Shown here one piece after another: positions 19,981 to 30,414 of a stretch of 64,000 nucleotides of DNA. The stretch covers positions 2,288-66,287 of the forward strand of contig JAZOAH010000002.1 in NCBI GenBank assembly GCA_045595395.1, read 5' to 3'. Under the pieces are notes generated by a model. The model did not search any database. It had not been told where the DNA came from and worked only from the letters and a program-made list of their open reading frames with translations. Position 1 is the first letter of the stretch. Every line of letters starts with the position of its first letter. The translations under genes and the position numbers were made by a program. This DNA comes from Eubacteriales bacterium (lineage in GTDB: Bacteria; Bacillota; Clostridia; Oscillospirales; UMGS1783).

Positions 19981-20560
19981 TTTCTCCGCAATACAACTGA
20001 TGTTCCCGAATATATTGTTTAACAGCCGGATCAAGTCGGTCGAAATGGCTCTCTCCTTTTCGGATGTCGCTGGAACTGAGCACAATGGGCTTTAGGCGCA
20101 GCACCTTGCAGCGAGCACGATACTTGATCGCATAATACCATTTTTTTATAAGCATCTTGTGATAGACGCCCCGTTCACGAGCAGCCGTCACAATCGTAGC
20201 CAGCGAAAAAATAACTTCCGGCTCCTTCCATGTCCCCATGGACAGAAACATATCACTTCCGCATATAAAATAAAGCTGATCACCGGGATGTTCTTTGGCT
20301 AATATGCGTAGCGTATCAGCTGTAAAGCTTTTCCCTTTACGCATTATTTCCATGTCTGAAACATCATAATCCGGGAATGCCAGTCGAGTCATGGCCAGCC
20401 GATGCTCCGGTTGATTTTTCACTACCTCTTTATGCGGAGGTATGCTGGATGGGACGATGATCATCCGGTCAAAACGCATACGCCTAGTGACTTGTTCCAA
20501 CAGAAACCGATGTCCTTTATGCGGCGGATTAAATGTTCCGCCAAAAATACCGATCTTCAT
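19964..20560 (-). CDS. nadD: Nicotinate-nucleotide adenylyltransferase
   Basis: MKIGIFGGTFNPPHKGH motif. 198 aa. Confidence 0.93.
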   Translation of the reverse strand: MKIGIFGGTFNPPHKGHRFLLEQVTRRMRFDRMIIVPSSIPPHKEVVKNQPEHRLAMTRLAFPDYDVSDMEIMRKGKSFTADTLRILAKEHPGDQLYFICGSDMFLSMGTWKEPEVIFSLATIVTAARERGVYHKMLIKKWYYAIKYRARCKVLRLKPIVLSSSDIRKGESHFDRLDPAVKQYIREHQLYCGENDATL

Positions 20561-20563
20561 GGA

Positions 20564-20860
20564 TCAGTCTAAAACGATCTTTCGTTTTTCCGGATCGCCG
20601 GCCGGTCGGTATAGAACGATTTTCGAGCCAATGCACTGAACAACATCGGCATTCAGAGCATCAGCCAGTTGACCTGCGCAGTCTTTTGTTGCCATAAAGG
20701 CTGTTTCCAGCACATTGATCTTGATCATTTCCTTGATCTCCAGCGTTTCGTCTAGCTGACGGATCAGATTTTCAGAAACACCGGCTTTACCTACCTGCTC
20801 GGTAGCCTTCATTGTATTTGCCATTTTGCGCAACTGGGCGCGTTGTCCACTGGTAATCAT
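20564..20860 (-). CDS. yhbY: Ribosome assembly RNA-binding protein YhbY (CRM domain)
   Basis: 98 aa. QRAQLRKMAN...VQVGKAGVSENLIRQLDETL pattern. Confidence 0.85.
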   Translation of the reverse strand: MITSGQRAQLRKMANTMKATEQVGKAGVSENLIRQLDETLEIKEMIKINVLETAFMATKDCAGQLADALNADVVQCIGSKIVLYRPAGDPEKRKIVLD

Positions 20861-21456
20861 TTGTTGTCCTTCTCTTGTATTTCTCTTAATTTCATTCGTA
20901 AGGCAGCCAGCGCTGCTCCTCGGTGGCTGATGGCGTTTTTTTCATCATCAGTCAACTCGGAAAAAGTCTTTCCCTGTGAGGGAATATAAAAAATCGGATC
21001 ATATCCGAATCCGCCTGTTCCGGCCGTTTCATGAGCAATCTCACCCAAACAACGCCCGGTAACGGTAAAGGTAATATCTTCAGACAAAACACAAGCGATC
21101 GCACACTCAAAACTGGCAGAGCGATCCGATGCATCTCCCAGCTCCTGTTGCAGCAATGCAATCTTTTCGGAATAGGACGCTTCTTCTCCGCCGTAACGAG
21201 CCGAATAGATTCCCGGACGGCCATCTAAAGCATTCACACATAGCCCGGAATCATCGGCAATGGTGCCTATGCCCGTCAGATCGTATCCGCATTGAGCTTT
21301 TATCATGGCGTTTTCTTCAAAGGTTGTACCATCCTCGATCGGATCAAAGTCTATGCCCAATTCCTTAGGGATCACCGTATCAAATCCGAGCGGACCGAGT
21401 ATTTCATCGATCTCTCTTTTTTTGTTAAGGTTGTTTGTGGCGATCAAAAGTTTCAT
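20857..21456 (-). CDS. rdgB: Non-canonical purine NTP pyrophosphatase (XTP/dITP diphosphatase, RdgB/HAM1)
   Basis: LLIATNNLNKKREI...DDSGLCVNALDGRPGIYSARY...GFGYDPIF. Confidence 0.9.
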   Translation of the reverse strand: MKLLIATNNLNKKREIDEILGPLGFDTVIPKELGIDFDPIEDGTTFEENAMIKAQCGYDLTGIGTIADDSGLCVNALDGRPGIYSARYGGEEASYSEKIALLQQELGDASDRSASFECAIACVLSEDITFTVTGRCLGEIAHETAGTGGFGYDPIFYIPSQGKTFSELTDDEKNAISHRGAALAALRMKLREIQEKDNK

Positions 21457-22361
21457 TCCAACAACCCCTTTGCATAACTCTCCGGCGAGAACAGATCAAA
21501 ATCATCTGCCGCCTCACCAAGACCGACAAATTTAATAGGAATACCAAGTTGATGTAAGACGCCAATAGCCATGCCCCCACGGGCTGTACCGTCCAGTTTA
21601 GTCAGCACTATGCCGGTAAGGCCGGTTGCGTCGGCGAACTCCTTTGCCTGATTGATGGCGTTTTGCCCGGTCGTTGCGTCAATGACCAAGAGAAATTCTT
21701 TATCAGCATCGGGCAGTTCTCGATCGATCACCCGGCTCATCTTGGTAAGCTCATCCATCAAATACTTCTTATTGTGCAGACGGCCGGCCGTATCACAAAC
21801 GATCACATCTTTACCTCGTGCCCTAGCGGCGGAAATAGCATCAAACAAGACGGCAGCCGGATCACCACCCTCACGGTGCTTTACAATATCAATATTCAGA
21901 CGATTGGCCCAAATATCCAACTGCTCTGATGCTGCAGCACGAAAGGTGTCGCCGGCAGCCAGCAATACGCTTTTGCCATTATCATGGAGATATTTAGCCA
22001 GTTTGGCGCAAGTTGTTGTCTTCCCGGTGCCATTTACACCGATGACCATAATGACCGACGGCTTAGAGTTGATATTAAGGGCCATGGTTTCTGAAGACAT
22101 CTGCTCAGTAATGATCTGCACCAAAAGCGCACGGACCTGCTCGCCGGTCGATATCTTTTCCAGTTTCGCCCGTTTTTTCAACTCATCAATGATGGCTTCC
22201 GTCACCTCAACGCCGGCATCCGCCATGATCAGTGTTTCTTCCAGTTCCTCAAGAAAATCCTCATCCACCGAGCGGAAATTGGCCACCAACGAATGGATGC
22301 TTTCCCCGAATGACTGGCGGGTTTTACTTAGTGTGTTTTTTAATTTTTCAAAAAGCCCCAT
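21453..22361 (-). CDS. ftsY: Signal recognition particle receptor FtsY
   Basis: NG domain: GVNGTGKTTT, DTAGRL, TKLDGTARGG. 302 aa. Confidence 0.94.
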   Translation of the reverse strand: MGLFEKLKNTLSKTRQSFGESIHSLVANFRSVDEDFLEELEETLIMADAGVEVTEAIIDELKKRAKLEKISTGEQVRALLVQIITEQMSSETMALNINSKPSVIMVIGVNGTGKTTTCAKLAKYLHDNGKSVLLAAGDTFRAAASEQLDIWANRLNIDIVKHREGGDPAAVLFDAISAARARGKDVIVCDTAGRLHNKKYLMDELTKMSRVIDRELPDADKEFLLVIDATTGQNAINQAKEFADATGLTGIVLTKLDGTARGGMAIGVLHQLGIPIKFVGLGEAADDFDLFSPESYAKGLLE

Positions 22362-22372
22362 GATGCATGCTC

Positions 22373-25300
22373 CTATTGGATACGTAACTCGTCATATACC
22401 TCACCGACGTTGATCGTCAGCAACTTTGATACACCCTTCTCTTGCATGGTAACACCGTAAAGCACATCCGCTTCCTCCATAGTGCTGCGGCGGTGAGAAA
22501 CAATGATAACCTGCGTATGCTCGGTAATGGTATGTAAAAATGCTGCAAAACGGGCTGTATTGACTTCATCCAGTGCCGTTTCGATCTCATCCATAATGCA
22601 GAAGGGCGTCGGACGCACGCGAATAATAGCAAAGTAGAGCGCTATGGCAACAAAGGCCTGCTCACCGCCCGAGAGAGCCGATAGATTTTTGATGACCTTG
22701 CCTGGAGGTGTGACCCGAATTTCGATGCCGGTATTGAGCATATCGGTCGGATCGGTCAAAACCAAGTCAGCCTTACCACCGCCAAACAGTTCATGGAAGG
22801 TCTGCTTGAAGGTTTCATTGATGACGACAAACTGCTCACTGAAGATAGATTTCATCTGCTCTGTCAGTTCGGCGATCACCTTTTCCATATCGTTTTTGGC
22901 TTCTTCCAGATCGCTGGTCTGCGTCATCAGGAAATCATAGCGGTCTTTAACAGTTTTATATTCCTCGATGGCACCGATATTCACATCACCCATACGCTTC
23001 ATCTTGCCCTTGATCTCACCTAAGCGCTGTTGAGCTTTGGTGATACTGGGCAATTCCTGGCGCAGGGGTTGAGCGTCGGTCAATGTCAACTCATATTCAT
23101 CAAACAGACGAGCCACAATGTTGTCATACTCTGTTTCAATTGTTTCTCTACGTGTTTCCAGGCGTTCGACCTCACGGATCAATCGCTCTTTTTCGGCTGC
23201 AACATCACGTGTCGATACTCGAAGCTCATTTGCCTTCTTCTCGGCATCCTCACGCTGACGACGGATATCCTCAGTATGGGCCTGCTTATCCGCAGCCTGG
23301 TCACGCAATTGCTTAGCTTGTTGCAAGCAGTCTTGAATGCCTGTTTCCAACTCTGCATTTTTATTACTCAAGGCAGCCATCTCGGCGTTTTTCGCTTCTA
23401 TTAGGGTGCTGCGCTCCTGCTTATAGATATTGAGTTCCTCAATGGAACGAACAATGGTTTCAATATCCTTTTCCATAGTGAAGATACTCAACTTACGATC
23501 GGCGATCTTGGCTACGATCTCATCGCGCCGGGCAATGATTTCCTCATGCCCCTTGAGCAACTCGTCAGATTTCTGAGTATGCTGAGCAATTTGCTCATTA
23601 AGCTGATCGGCCAGCAAGGAATATTGCTGCATCTCATCTTTAGCCGCATCATATTCCGTATGCGCTGCAGCGTCCCGTTGTGTCAATTCTTGCACAACGG
23701 CATTTGCATTTTCAAGACGCTGCTTGGCATCTTCCATTCTCAATCTGCTTGCCGTATTGGCATCTTCATGCTGACGAATCTCTGCTTTCACACCCTCAGC
23801 AAAAGCATTATCTCTCGCCAGTTTGTCAGTCAAATCATCCATGACGGCGCAAACGCTTTGATATTCGGCTTCATGGGCCTTTAATTCACCCTCCAGCCGC
23901 TTCATCTCATTTTGTCGAGTCAGTAATCCCGATCCCTTAACCGCACTGCCGCCGGTCATACTACCGCCGGCATTGACGACTTGGCCGTCAAGAGTCACTA
24001 TACGGAACTTATAGCCAATGTGTTTGGCCAAAGCCATTGCATTTTCCAGGTTGTATACGACACAGATGCGGCCCAGCAGGCCATTGACAAGATCTCGGTA
24101 TTTCGGCTCGCATTTAATCATTTCGGCAGCAATGCCGAGAAACCCAAGACTTTCCTTCATGTCATCCGATGAAATGACTTTGCCGGAAATGGTGGATACC
24201 GGCAAGAAAGTAGCGCGGCCGGCATTATTATTTTTCAAATAGTATACAGCAGCTTTTGCATCATTTTCTGTGTCTACAACAATGTGCTGGATGGCATTGC
24301 CCAAGGCTGTTTCAATGGCGACCGAATATTTTTCATCGGTACGAACAATGGTCGATACCGGGCCGCAAACACCGCTTAATTGCTGACGGGATGCCGCCAG
24401 CATGACACGCTTGACACTATCATGATAACCGTCAAAATGGTTTTGCATGTCGGACAGTGTCGTTAAACGCAATTTTTTTGCATTCATGTTGTCTTCCAGG
24501 CCCTGCTTAAGTTTTTCTTGCTTCTCTATACGCATTTGCAGCGCATTGATTCGCAGATCGTAGCCGCTGAGGGTGTTGCTTAGACTGTTGATCTTTTCGG
24601 TTGCCTGAGCAATTTCCTCTTCCTTTTGCTTGACCTGCGCTTCAATGGATGTACAATCGGCATTGGCAGCTTGCAGCTGCTCGGCAATCCGTTCAAAATT
24701 TTGGTTTAGAATAGCGCAGTTGCTTTCGGCAAAACCGATCTTGATCTTAGCATCGGTTATCTTTTCAGACAGATCGAGGATCTCGCTGTTAAGAGCATTG
24801 ATTCGTGCCTCAAAGTCCGATTCCTCACCCAGGATCGCAGTGTTGGAGTCATTAAGAGAAGCCAACTGTGCGCGCTCCTGCTCCAGTTCAACGTTTAAGG
24901 CGTCAATTTGTGCCTGTCGACCGGCGATATTTTCGTCAAAACCACGCATCTTTTCATCGTCTTCGCTAATTTCGGCGGTCAAACGGGCAATCAATTCATT
25001 GTTATGTTCTATATCACTGCGAATAAGGGAAATTTCATTCTCTTTGGCCGCTGCCTGCTCATTCAAGGAAACGATCTCGCCACGAAGGAAATCAATGGCC
25101 TGGGTTGCTTTTTGAGCCGCAAGATAGATCTCCTCCGATTCCTTCTCCTGAGCTTCGATCCTCTTCTCTACATTTTCCAGGTCGGCACGGCCGGTCATAC
25201 AATCTTGTTCAATTTTTTCTTTGCTGACTTTAATGTTGTCAATAGTACCCAACCAAAGGCTGACTTCCAGCCCTTTTTTCTCATCACGCAAACGCAAATA

Positions 25301-25942
25301 CTCTCGGGCCGTTTCCGCCTGTTTTTCCAGCGGGCCGACACGAGATTCCAATTCGGCAACAATATCTCGCAAACGCACCAGGTTTTCCTCGGTCTGCTCA
25401 AGTTTGCGTTCCGATTCCTGCTTACGGTAGCGATATTTCGAAATACCGGCCGCCTCTTCAAAGATCTGGCGGCGCTCATCGCTCTTTGATGCCAAGATAT
25501 CGGCGATCTTACCCTGTCCGATGATCGAATAACCATCGCGCCCCAAGCCGGTATCCATCAGCAGTTCATGGATATCCTTAAGCCGGACAGGGCTGCGATT
25601 GATCATGTATTCGCTTTCGCCTGAACGATAGTAACGACGAGTAACAGTGACCTCGGTAAAATCAATCGGCAAACTCTTATCGGAGTTATCCAGGGTCAGC
25701 GACACCTCGGCAAAGCCCATGGCTTTGCGTCCGGTCGTTCCGTCAAAGACAACATCTTCCATCTTGGTGCCGCGCAACATCTTGGAACTCATTTCACCCA
25801 GCACCCAACGCACCGCATCGGTAATATTGCTCTTGCCGCTGCCGTTAGGTCCGACAATTGCTGTTATTCCCTTGTTAAAGTGGATAGTGGTCTTGTCCGG
25901 AAAAGACTTGAACCCCTGCATCTGTAACGATTTCAGAAACAT
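22373..25942 (-). CDS. smc: Chromosome segregation protein SMC
   Basis: 1189 aa. Walker A GPNGSGKSN, long coiled coils, hinge, LSGGE signature, Walker B. Confidence 0.97.
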   Translation of the reverse strand: MFLKSLQMQGFKSFPDKTTIHFNKGITAIVGPNGSGKSNITDAVRWVLGEMSSKMLRGTKMEDVVFDGTTGRKAMGFAEVSLTLDNSDKSLPIDFTEVTVTRRYYRSGESEYMINRSPVRLKDIHELLMDTGLGRDGYSIIGQGKIADILASKSDERRQIFEEAAGISKYRYRKQESERKLEQTEENLVRLRDIVAELESRVGPLEKQAETAREYLRLRDEKKGLEVSLWLGTIDNIKVSKEKIEQDCMTGRADLENVEKRIEAQEKESEEIYLAAQKATQAIDFLRGEIVSLNEQAAAKENEISLIRSDIEHNNELIARLTAEISEDDEKMRGFDENIAGRQAQIDALNVELEQERAQLASLNDSNTAILGEESDFEARINALNSEILDLSEKITDAKIKIGFAESNCAILNQNFERIAEQLQAANADCTSIEAQVKQKEEEIAQATEKINSLSNTLSGYDLRINALQMRIEKQEKLKQGLEDNMNAKKLRLTTLSDMQNHFDGYHDSVKRVMLAASRQQLSGVCGPVSTIVRTDEKYSVAIETALGNAIQHIVVDTENDAKAAVYYLKNNNAGRATFLPVSTISGKVISSDDMKESLGFLGIAAEMIKCEPKYRDLVNGLLGRICVVYNLENAMALAKHIGYKFRIVTLDGQVVNAGGSMTGGSAVKGSGLLTRQNEMKRLEGELKAHEAEYQSVCAVMDDLTDKLARDNAFAEGVKAEIRQHEDANTASRLRMEDAKQRLENANAVVQELTQRDAAAHTEYDAAKDEMQQYSLLADQLNEQIAQHTQKSDELLKGHEEIIARRDEIVAKIADRKLSIFTMEKDIETIVRSIEELNIYKQERSTLIEAKNAEMAALSNKNAELETGIQDCLQQAKQLRDQAADKQAHTEDIRRQREDAEKKANELRVSTRDVAAEKERLIREVERLETRRETIETEYDNIVARLFDEYELTLTDAQPLRQELPSITKAQQRLGEIKGKMKRMGDVNIGAIEEYKTVKDRYDFLMTQTSDLEEAKNDMEKVIAELTEQMKSIFSEQFVVINETFKQTFHELFGGGKADLVLTDPTDMLNTGIEIRVTPPGKVIKNLSALSGGEQAFVAIALYFAIIRVRPTPFCIMDEIETALDEVNTARFAAFLHTITEHTQVIIVSHRRSTMEEADVLYGVTMQEKGVSKLLTINVGEVYDELRIQ

Positions 25943-26017
25943 ATTCGGTATGATACCTCAATTCTGCAAGTGCATTTGATTAAAAATTATATCAAAAAAT
26001 ACAGATAATTTCAATAT

Positions 26018-27007
26018 TTATTGTGCTTTAACGGCTCTTTTTTGCAAAAAATCGGCCTCTTTTATCAAAATTTGTGCGATATTCTTTTCTTTTTCCAGTC
26101 GGATCACATTCCTTCGGCATTGCCCGACGGCTTTTGACATCTCGCCTGTAGCCACATATATAGTGACCTTTTCCCTGTTTTGATGATTGTCCAATTCTTC
26201 AGACAGCAAGCGGAAATACACAGCATTTTCGCACAATTCGCCAAAGGCCGGATGGTACGGCCCCGCCACCCTATCCTCACCGGAAAGCCCTGGTTCAGAG
26301 AATAACCCAAGTCGAATAACGGGGATGCCGTTTTCTTCAAAAAGTAAAAGCAAACGTGCGCACAAATCCACAGCATCATCCAGTGACATCGGCTGATATG
26401 TACCGGCTAAATACTCTCGACAGAGCTCGGTGTCCTTCAAAACCACACAGGGATAGATCCGTACCGCATCCGGCTGCATGGCTATGCACTGCCGTGCGGT
26501 CGCTATGGCACCTTGCGGTGTATCTCCGGGTAGTCCTGTCATCATCTGCAGCACAAGAGAAAAACCTCGTTCACGAATGAGTTTTGCCGCTCGTACGGTG
26601 TCTTGCGGTTGATGGCCACGTCGGCAGCGGCAAAGCACCGATTCACTCATGCTCTGCATCCCAAGTTCGATCGTTGTTACCGGATATCTCTGTAAAATAT
26701 CCAAAATTTCCGGCGTAATATAATCAGGACGAGTTGATAGTCTAATACCGGCCTTATATTTTGCCGCACAATCCAGATAGGCAATCATTTGTTCTCGTTC
26801 AATACCGGTAAAACTGCCGCCAAAAAAGGCTATCTCGCACGTTTGATCTTCCCTGACCGTGGATATAGCCTTTTGAATTATCAGTTCGGTTGTGTGGATA
26901 TCCGGTGCCTGCTTTGTGGCAGAGATAATGCGCTGATTGCAAAATGTACATTCATTCGGACAAGCCATATGCGGGACAAAAATGGGGATATTAACATGCT
27001 TCTTCAT
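26018..27007 (-). CDS. Radical SAM protein (Elp3-like core without acetyltransferase domain), function unknown
   Basis: CPNECTFCNQ = CX3CX2C near the N-terminus. 329 aa. Its ATG overlaps the rnc stop by 4 nt. Confidence 0.8.
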   Translation of the reverse strand: MKKHVNIPIFVPHMACPNECTFCNQRIISATKQAPDIHTTELIIQKAISTVREDQTCEIAFFGGSFTGIEREQMIAYLDCAAKYKAGIRLSTRPDYITPEILDILQRYPVTTIELGMQSMSESVLCRCRRGHQPQDTVRAAKLIRERGFSLVLQMMTGLPGDTPQGAIATARQCIAMQPDAVRIYPCVVLKDTELCREYLAGTYQPMSLDDAVDLCARLLLLFEENGIPVIRLGLFSEPGLSGEDRVAGPYHPAFGELCENAVYFRLLSEELDNHQNREKVTIYVATGEMSKAVGQCRRNVIRLEKEKNIAQILIKEADFLQKRAVKAQ

Positions 27008-27690
27008 AAGCCCATCAATTTCAACGCTTCATTGGCCGCCATTTGCTCAGCCTCTTTTTTGCTGCGACCGGTGCCCTCTCCGATACAGTTGCTGTTAAGT
27101 AGCACCGCAACGGTAAAGACTTTACGGTGATCCGGCCCTTCGGCCTTGAGCAGTCGATAGGTCAAATGCTCACCTCGATTTTGCTGAACAATCTCTTGCA
27201 GCATGGTCTTGGCGTCTTTGAATAACCGCCCGGAAATGGCATCAGGCAGACCCTTTTCCAAATAGGGCAAAATAAAGTTGCGTGCCGCATCGATCCCTCC
27301 ATCTAAATAAATGGCGGCAATCAGTGCTTCAAAAGCATCTGCCAGCGTTGACGGGCGATGTCCTCCATCCGCCAACTCTTCGCTACGACTAAACCGAATA
27401 TACTCACCCAAGTTGATTTCAGAAGCAAATTTTGCTAGTGACGCCTCACAAACCAATGCTGCACGTAATTTGCTTAGGTTACCCTCATTGAAACGATTTT
27501 GATCCATGAACAGCATGCCGGCGCAGATAAAGCCCAGGACCGAGTCACCTAAAAATTCCAGCCGTTCATTAGAGACCGTCCCTTCTTCCTTTGCCTCGTT
27601 GACATAAGAAGAATGGGTAAGAGCACGCTTGAGCAGCATCTTATCCTGAAATTCATATCCGATTTTCTTTTCCAGCGTTCTTATATCCAT
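27004..27690 (-). CDS. rnc: Ribonuclease III
   Basis: ERLEFLGDSVL signature plus C-terminal dsRBD (GEGTGRSKKEAEQMAA). The ORF-track start at 27726 is a TTG; the ATG (MDIRTLEKKIGYEF) is at 27688-27690. Confidence 0.93.
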   Translation of the reverse strand: MDIRTLEKKIGYEFQDKMLLKRALTHSSYVNEAKEEGTVSNERLEFLGDSVLGFICAGMLFMDQNRFNEGNLSKLRAALVCEASLAKFASEINLGEYIRFSRSEELADGGHRPSTLADAFEALIAAIYLDGGIDAARNFILPYLEKGLPDAISGRLFKDAKTMLQEIVQQNRGEHLTYRLLKAEGPDHRKVFTVAVLLNSNCIGEGTGRSKKEAEQMAANEALKLMGL

Positions 27691-27747
27691 CTTCTCACAC
27701 CTTTCCAGATAAGGCAATATCCCCAATAAGGGGATATTGAATCATGT

Positions 27748-27984
27748 TCAGTTGTTTTGCTTTTCGGTGATATAGTTAACAACATCACCGATCGTTTTAA
27801 CACTATCAACATCCTGATCGTCAATGGCAACACCGAACTCTTCTTCGACAGCCATGATCAGTTCAACAATGTCCAACGAATCGGCTTCCAGATCATCAAC
27901 AAACGAGGTCTGCATTGTGATCGTGTCCGGATCAGAAACCATAAACTGCTCAACAATAAGCGATTTAATTTTATCAAATACCAT
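27748..27984 (-). CDS. acpP: Acyl carrier protein
   Basis: 78 aa starting at the ATG at 27982-27984, after AGGAGG. DLEADSLDIVEL phosphopantetheine site. Confidence 0.93.
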   Translation of the reverse strand: MVFDKIKSLIVEQFMVSDPDTITMQTSFVDDLEADSLDIVELIMAVEEEFGVAIDDQDVDSVKTIGDVVNYITEKQNN

Positions 27985-28024
27985 GGTACTTTCCTCCTGC
28001 TTAGTTTGGATAATTTCATTAAAG

Positions 28025-28053
28025 ATAATAAATTGGAAATGAATTTCTGTCAA
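28025..28053 (-). promoter_or_regulatory. Candidate sigma-A promoter for acpP
   Basis: Minus strand TTGACA-17 nt-TATTAT in the 100-nt plsX-acpP spacer. Confidence 0.5.
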
Positions 28054-28084
28054 GTATTATTTCAAAATTTCTTAACAAATTCAC

Positions 28085-29095
28085 TTAATTATCGGTTTTC
28101 GGTGCGGGCATCATCATCTGTGTTAATTGATCGATAATGCCGGCATTATGCAATTCAATCGCCTGACGCACAGCATTTTTAAAGGCAACGGCATTGGACG
28201 AGCCATGTGCCTTGATGACAATTCCGGCCACACCCAGTAGCGGTGCACCGCCGGCCTCGGTATAGTCTAAAGATTTCTTAAACTGAGTAAATTCCCTGGC
28301 AATCAGCATCGTGCCGATTTTGGTACGCAAGTTTTTGAACAGTACGCCCTTCAGCGAGGTTGAGATCATTTTTCCCATGCCTTCTAGTGCCTTCAAATAG
28401 ATATTGCCGGAAAAACCGTCGGCTACCACAACATCCACCTCGCCCATGACACCATCACGAGCCTCAACATTGCCAATAAAATGGATCCTTTCCTCCTGCC
28501 GCAACAAGGCATTGGCTTCTATTTGAAGCGGAGTGCCTTTCGTATCTTCCGACCCGTTATTAAGCAGGCCGACACGCGGGGCTTGCATACCATACAGACA
28601 TTTCATGTACATCGAGCCCATAATGGCAAACTGGTGCAGATATTCCGCCGTACACTCAACATTGGCACCGCTGTCGATCAGTAGGTGCTTCTTGCCGTCT
28701 TTACTGGGGATCATGCCGCCGATGGCAGCGCGCTTTACTCCTTTCATACGCTTGACCAGCAATGTGGCTCCGGTAATGATCGCTCCGGTATTTCCGGCAG
28801 AAATAAATGCGTCGCCTTTCCCGGCTTTTAGTAAGCGCATGCCAACCGCCATGGATGAATCTTTCTTATCTTTGACAACACTGTCAGCATGGTCTGTCAT
28901 CTCTATGACCTGAGAAGCGTCAACAATGGCCATTCCAGTCATGTCGATGTTTTCATTTTTGGCTGTCTGTTCGATAATATCGCATTTACCGCATAGTACG
29001 ACCTCAACTCCGTACTCCTTAACGGCCATAGCACAGCCCTTCATAATTTGTTCGGGGGCGTGGTCGCCTCCCATGGCGTCTACAATTACTTTCAT
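28085..29095 (-). CDS. plsX: Phosphate acyltransferase PlsX
   Basis: MKVIVDAMGGDHAP start (ATG 29093-29095, ATGA overlap with the trmFO stop). 336 aa. Confidence 0.94.
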   Translation of the reverse strand: MKVIVDAMGGDHAPEQIMKGCAMAVKEYGVEVVLCGKCDIIEQTAKNENIDMTGMAIVDASQVIEMTDHADSVVKDKKDSSMAVGMRLLKAGKGDAFISAGNTGAIITGATLLVKRMKGVKRAAIGGMIPSKDGKKHLLIDSGANVECTAEYLHQFAIMGSMYMKCLYGMQAPRVGLLNNGSEDTKGTPLQIEANALLRQEERIHFIGNVEARDGVMGEVDVVVADGFSGNIYLKALEGMGKMISTSLKGVLFKNLRTKIGTMLIAREFTQFKKSLDYTEAGGAPLLGVAGIVIKAHGSSNAVAFKNAVRQAIELHNAGIIDQLTQMMMPAPKTDN

Positions 29096-30414
29096 TTTTC
29101 GTTCCCCTTCTGCGCCGATAAACACGCAGCCATTTGTTTAATTTCATCTTGCGCCATCTGCGAGATCATGGCACGACGATCCTTTTTTCGCTTTGCCGTA
29201 ATTTTGCTTTGATCAAATATGCCGAAGTTGACATTCATCGGCTGAAAGTCAACGATCGATTCATTGCTGATATAATGAGCCAGCGCTCCGATAGCTGTAT
29301 TGGCCGGAAAGTCTACGGATGGCAAATCACATGCCATGTGCGCCGCCGCTATACCGGCAACAAGCCCTGATGCGGTACTCTCAACATACCCTTCTACACC
29401 GGTCATCTGTCCGGCAAAAAACAACCCCGGCCGACTTTTTACCATATAATTGGCATCCAAATTTCCCGGGGAATTGATGAAGGTATTGCGATGCATGACA
29501 CCGTATCGCATAAACTCTGCCTGTTCCAAGCCGGGGATCATGGAAAATATCCGCTTTTGCTCCGGCATTTTCAAATGGGTCTGAAAACCGACAATATTAT
29601 ACAGCGTGCCGCCAGCATTATCTTTACGTAACTGAACAACAGCATAGGGATCGCGACCGGTTTTCGGGTCAGGTAGGCCAACCGGCTTGAGTGGGCCAAA
29701 ACGAATGGTGTCCTCGCCACGTCGTGCCATGACCTCAATGGGCATACATCCCTCAAACACACGACTATCTTCAAAATCGTGCAACTGGGCGCACTCACCG
29801 TTGACCAATTCCTTATGGAAAGCCAAATACTGTTCCTTGTCCATGGGGCAGTTGATATAGTCAGCACTTCCCTTTCCGTAACGGGACGCAAAATATGCTT
29901 TTGACATATCAATGCTATCAAACGACACGATCGGTGCGGCGGCATCAAAGAAAGACAGCGGTGCACCTAGAGAATCAGCAATGGCATCCGCCAGCTTTCC
30001 GTACGTCAGCGGACCTGTCGCAATGATACAAATATCGTCCTGCGGGATATCCTCTACTTTTTGGCTGATAAAATGAATATGTTTATGGGACAGTATTCTC
30101 TCTGTGATCAAGCGGGAAAAGGCTTGCCGATCAACCGCTAGAGCGCCACCGGCCGGGACGGCCGTTTCGTCAGCACAAGCCATGATCAGCGAACCCATCA
30201 GCCGTAATTCTTCCTTGAGTAGCCCGACAGCATTTTCCAGACCGGCCGCACGCAAGGAATTAGAACAGACCAATTCGGCGAAATCACGATTATGGTGTGC
30301 CGGTGTAAATTCATTAGGCTTGATGTCGATCAGGTCAACATCAATACCCCGTTGCGCCAGCTGCCATGCCGCTTCACAGCCGGCTAAACCGGCACCGATA
30401 ACCTTAATCCTCAT
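29092..30414 (-). CDS. trmFO: Methylenetetrahydrofolate--tRNA-(uracil54-C5)-methyltransferase TrmFO
   Basis: MRIKVIGAGLAGCEAAWQLA FAD-binding N-terminus. ATG at 30412-30414 overlaps the topA 3' end. Confidence 0.93.
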   Translation of the reverse strand: MRIKVIGAGLAGCEAAWQLAQRGIDVDLIDIKPNEFTPAHHNRDFAELVCSNSLRAAGLENAVGLLKEELRLMGSLIMACADETAVPAGGALAVDRQAFSRLITERILSHKHIHFISQKVEDIPQDDICIIATGPLTYGKLADAIADSLGAPLSFFDAAAPIVSFDSIDMSKAYFASRYGKGSADYINCPMDKEQYLAFHKELVNGECAQLHDFEDSRVFEGCMPIEVMARRGEDTIRFGPLKPVGLPDPKTGRDPYAVVQLRKDNAGGTLYNIVGFQTHLKMPEQKRIFSMIPGLEQAEFMRYGVMHRNTFINSPGNLDANYMVKSRPGLFFAGQMTGVEGYVESTASGLVAGIAAAHMACDLPSVDFPANTAIGALAHYISNESIVDFQPMNVNFGIFDQSKITAKRKKDRRAMISQMAQDEIKQMAACLSAQKGNEK

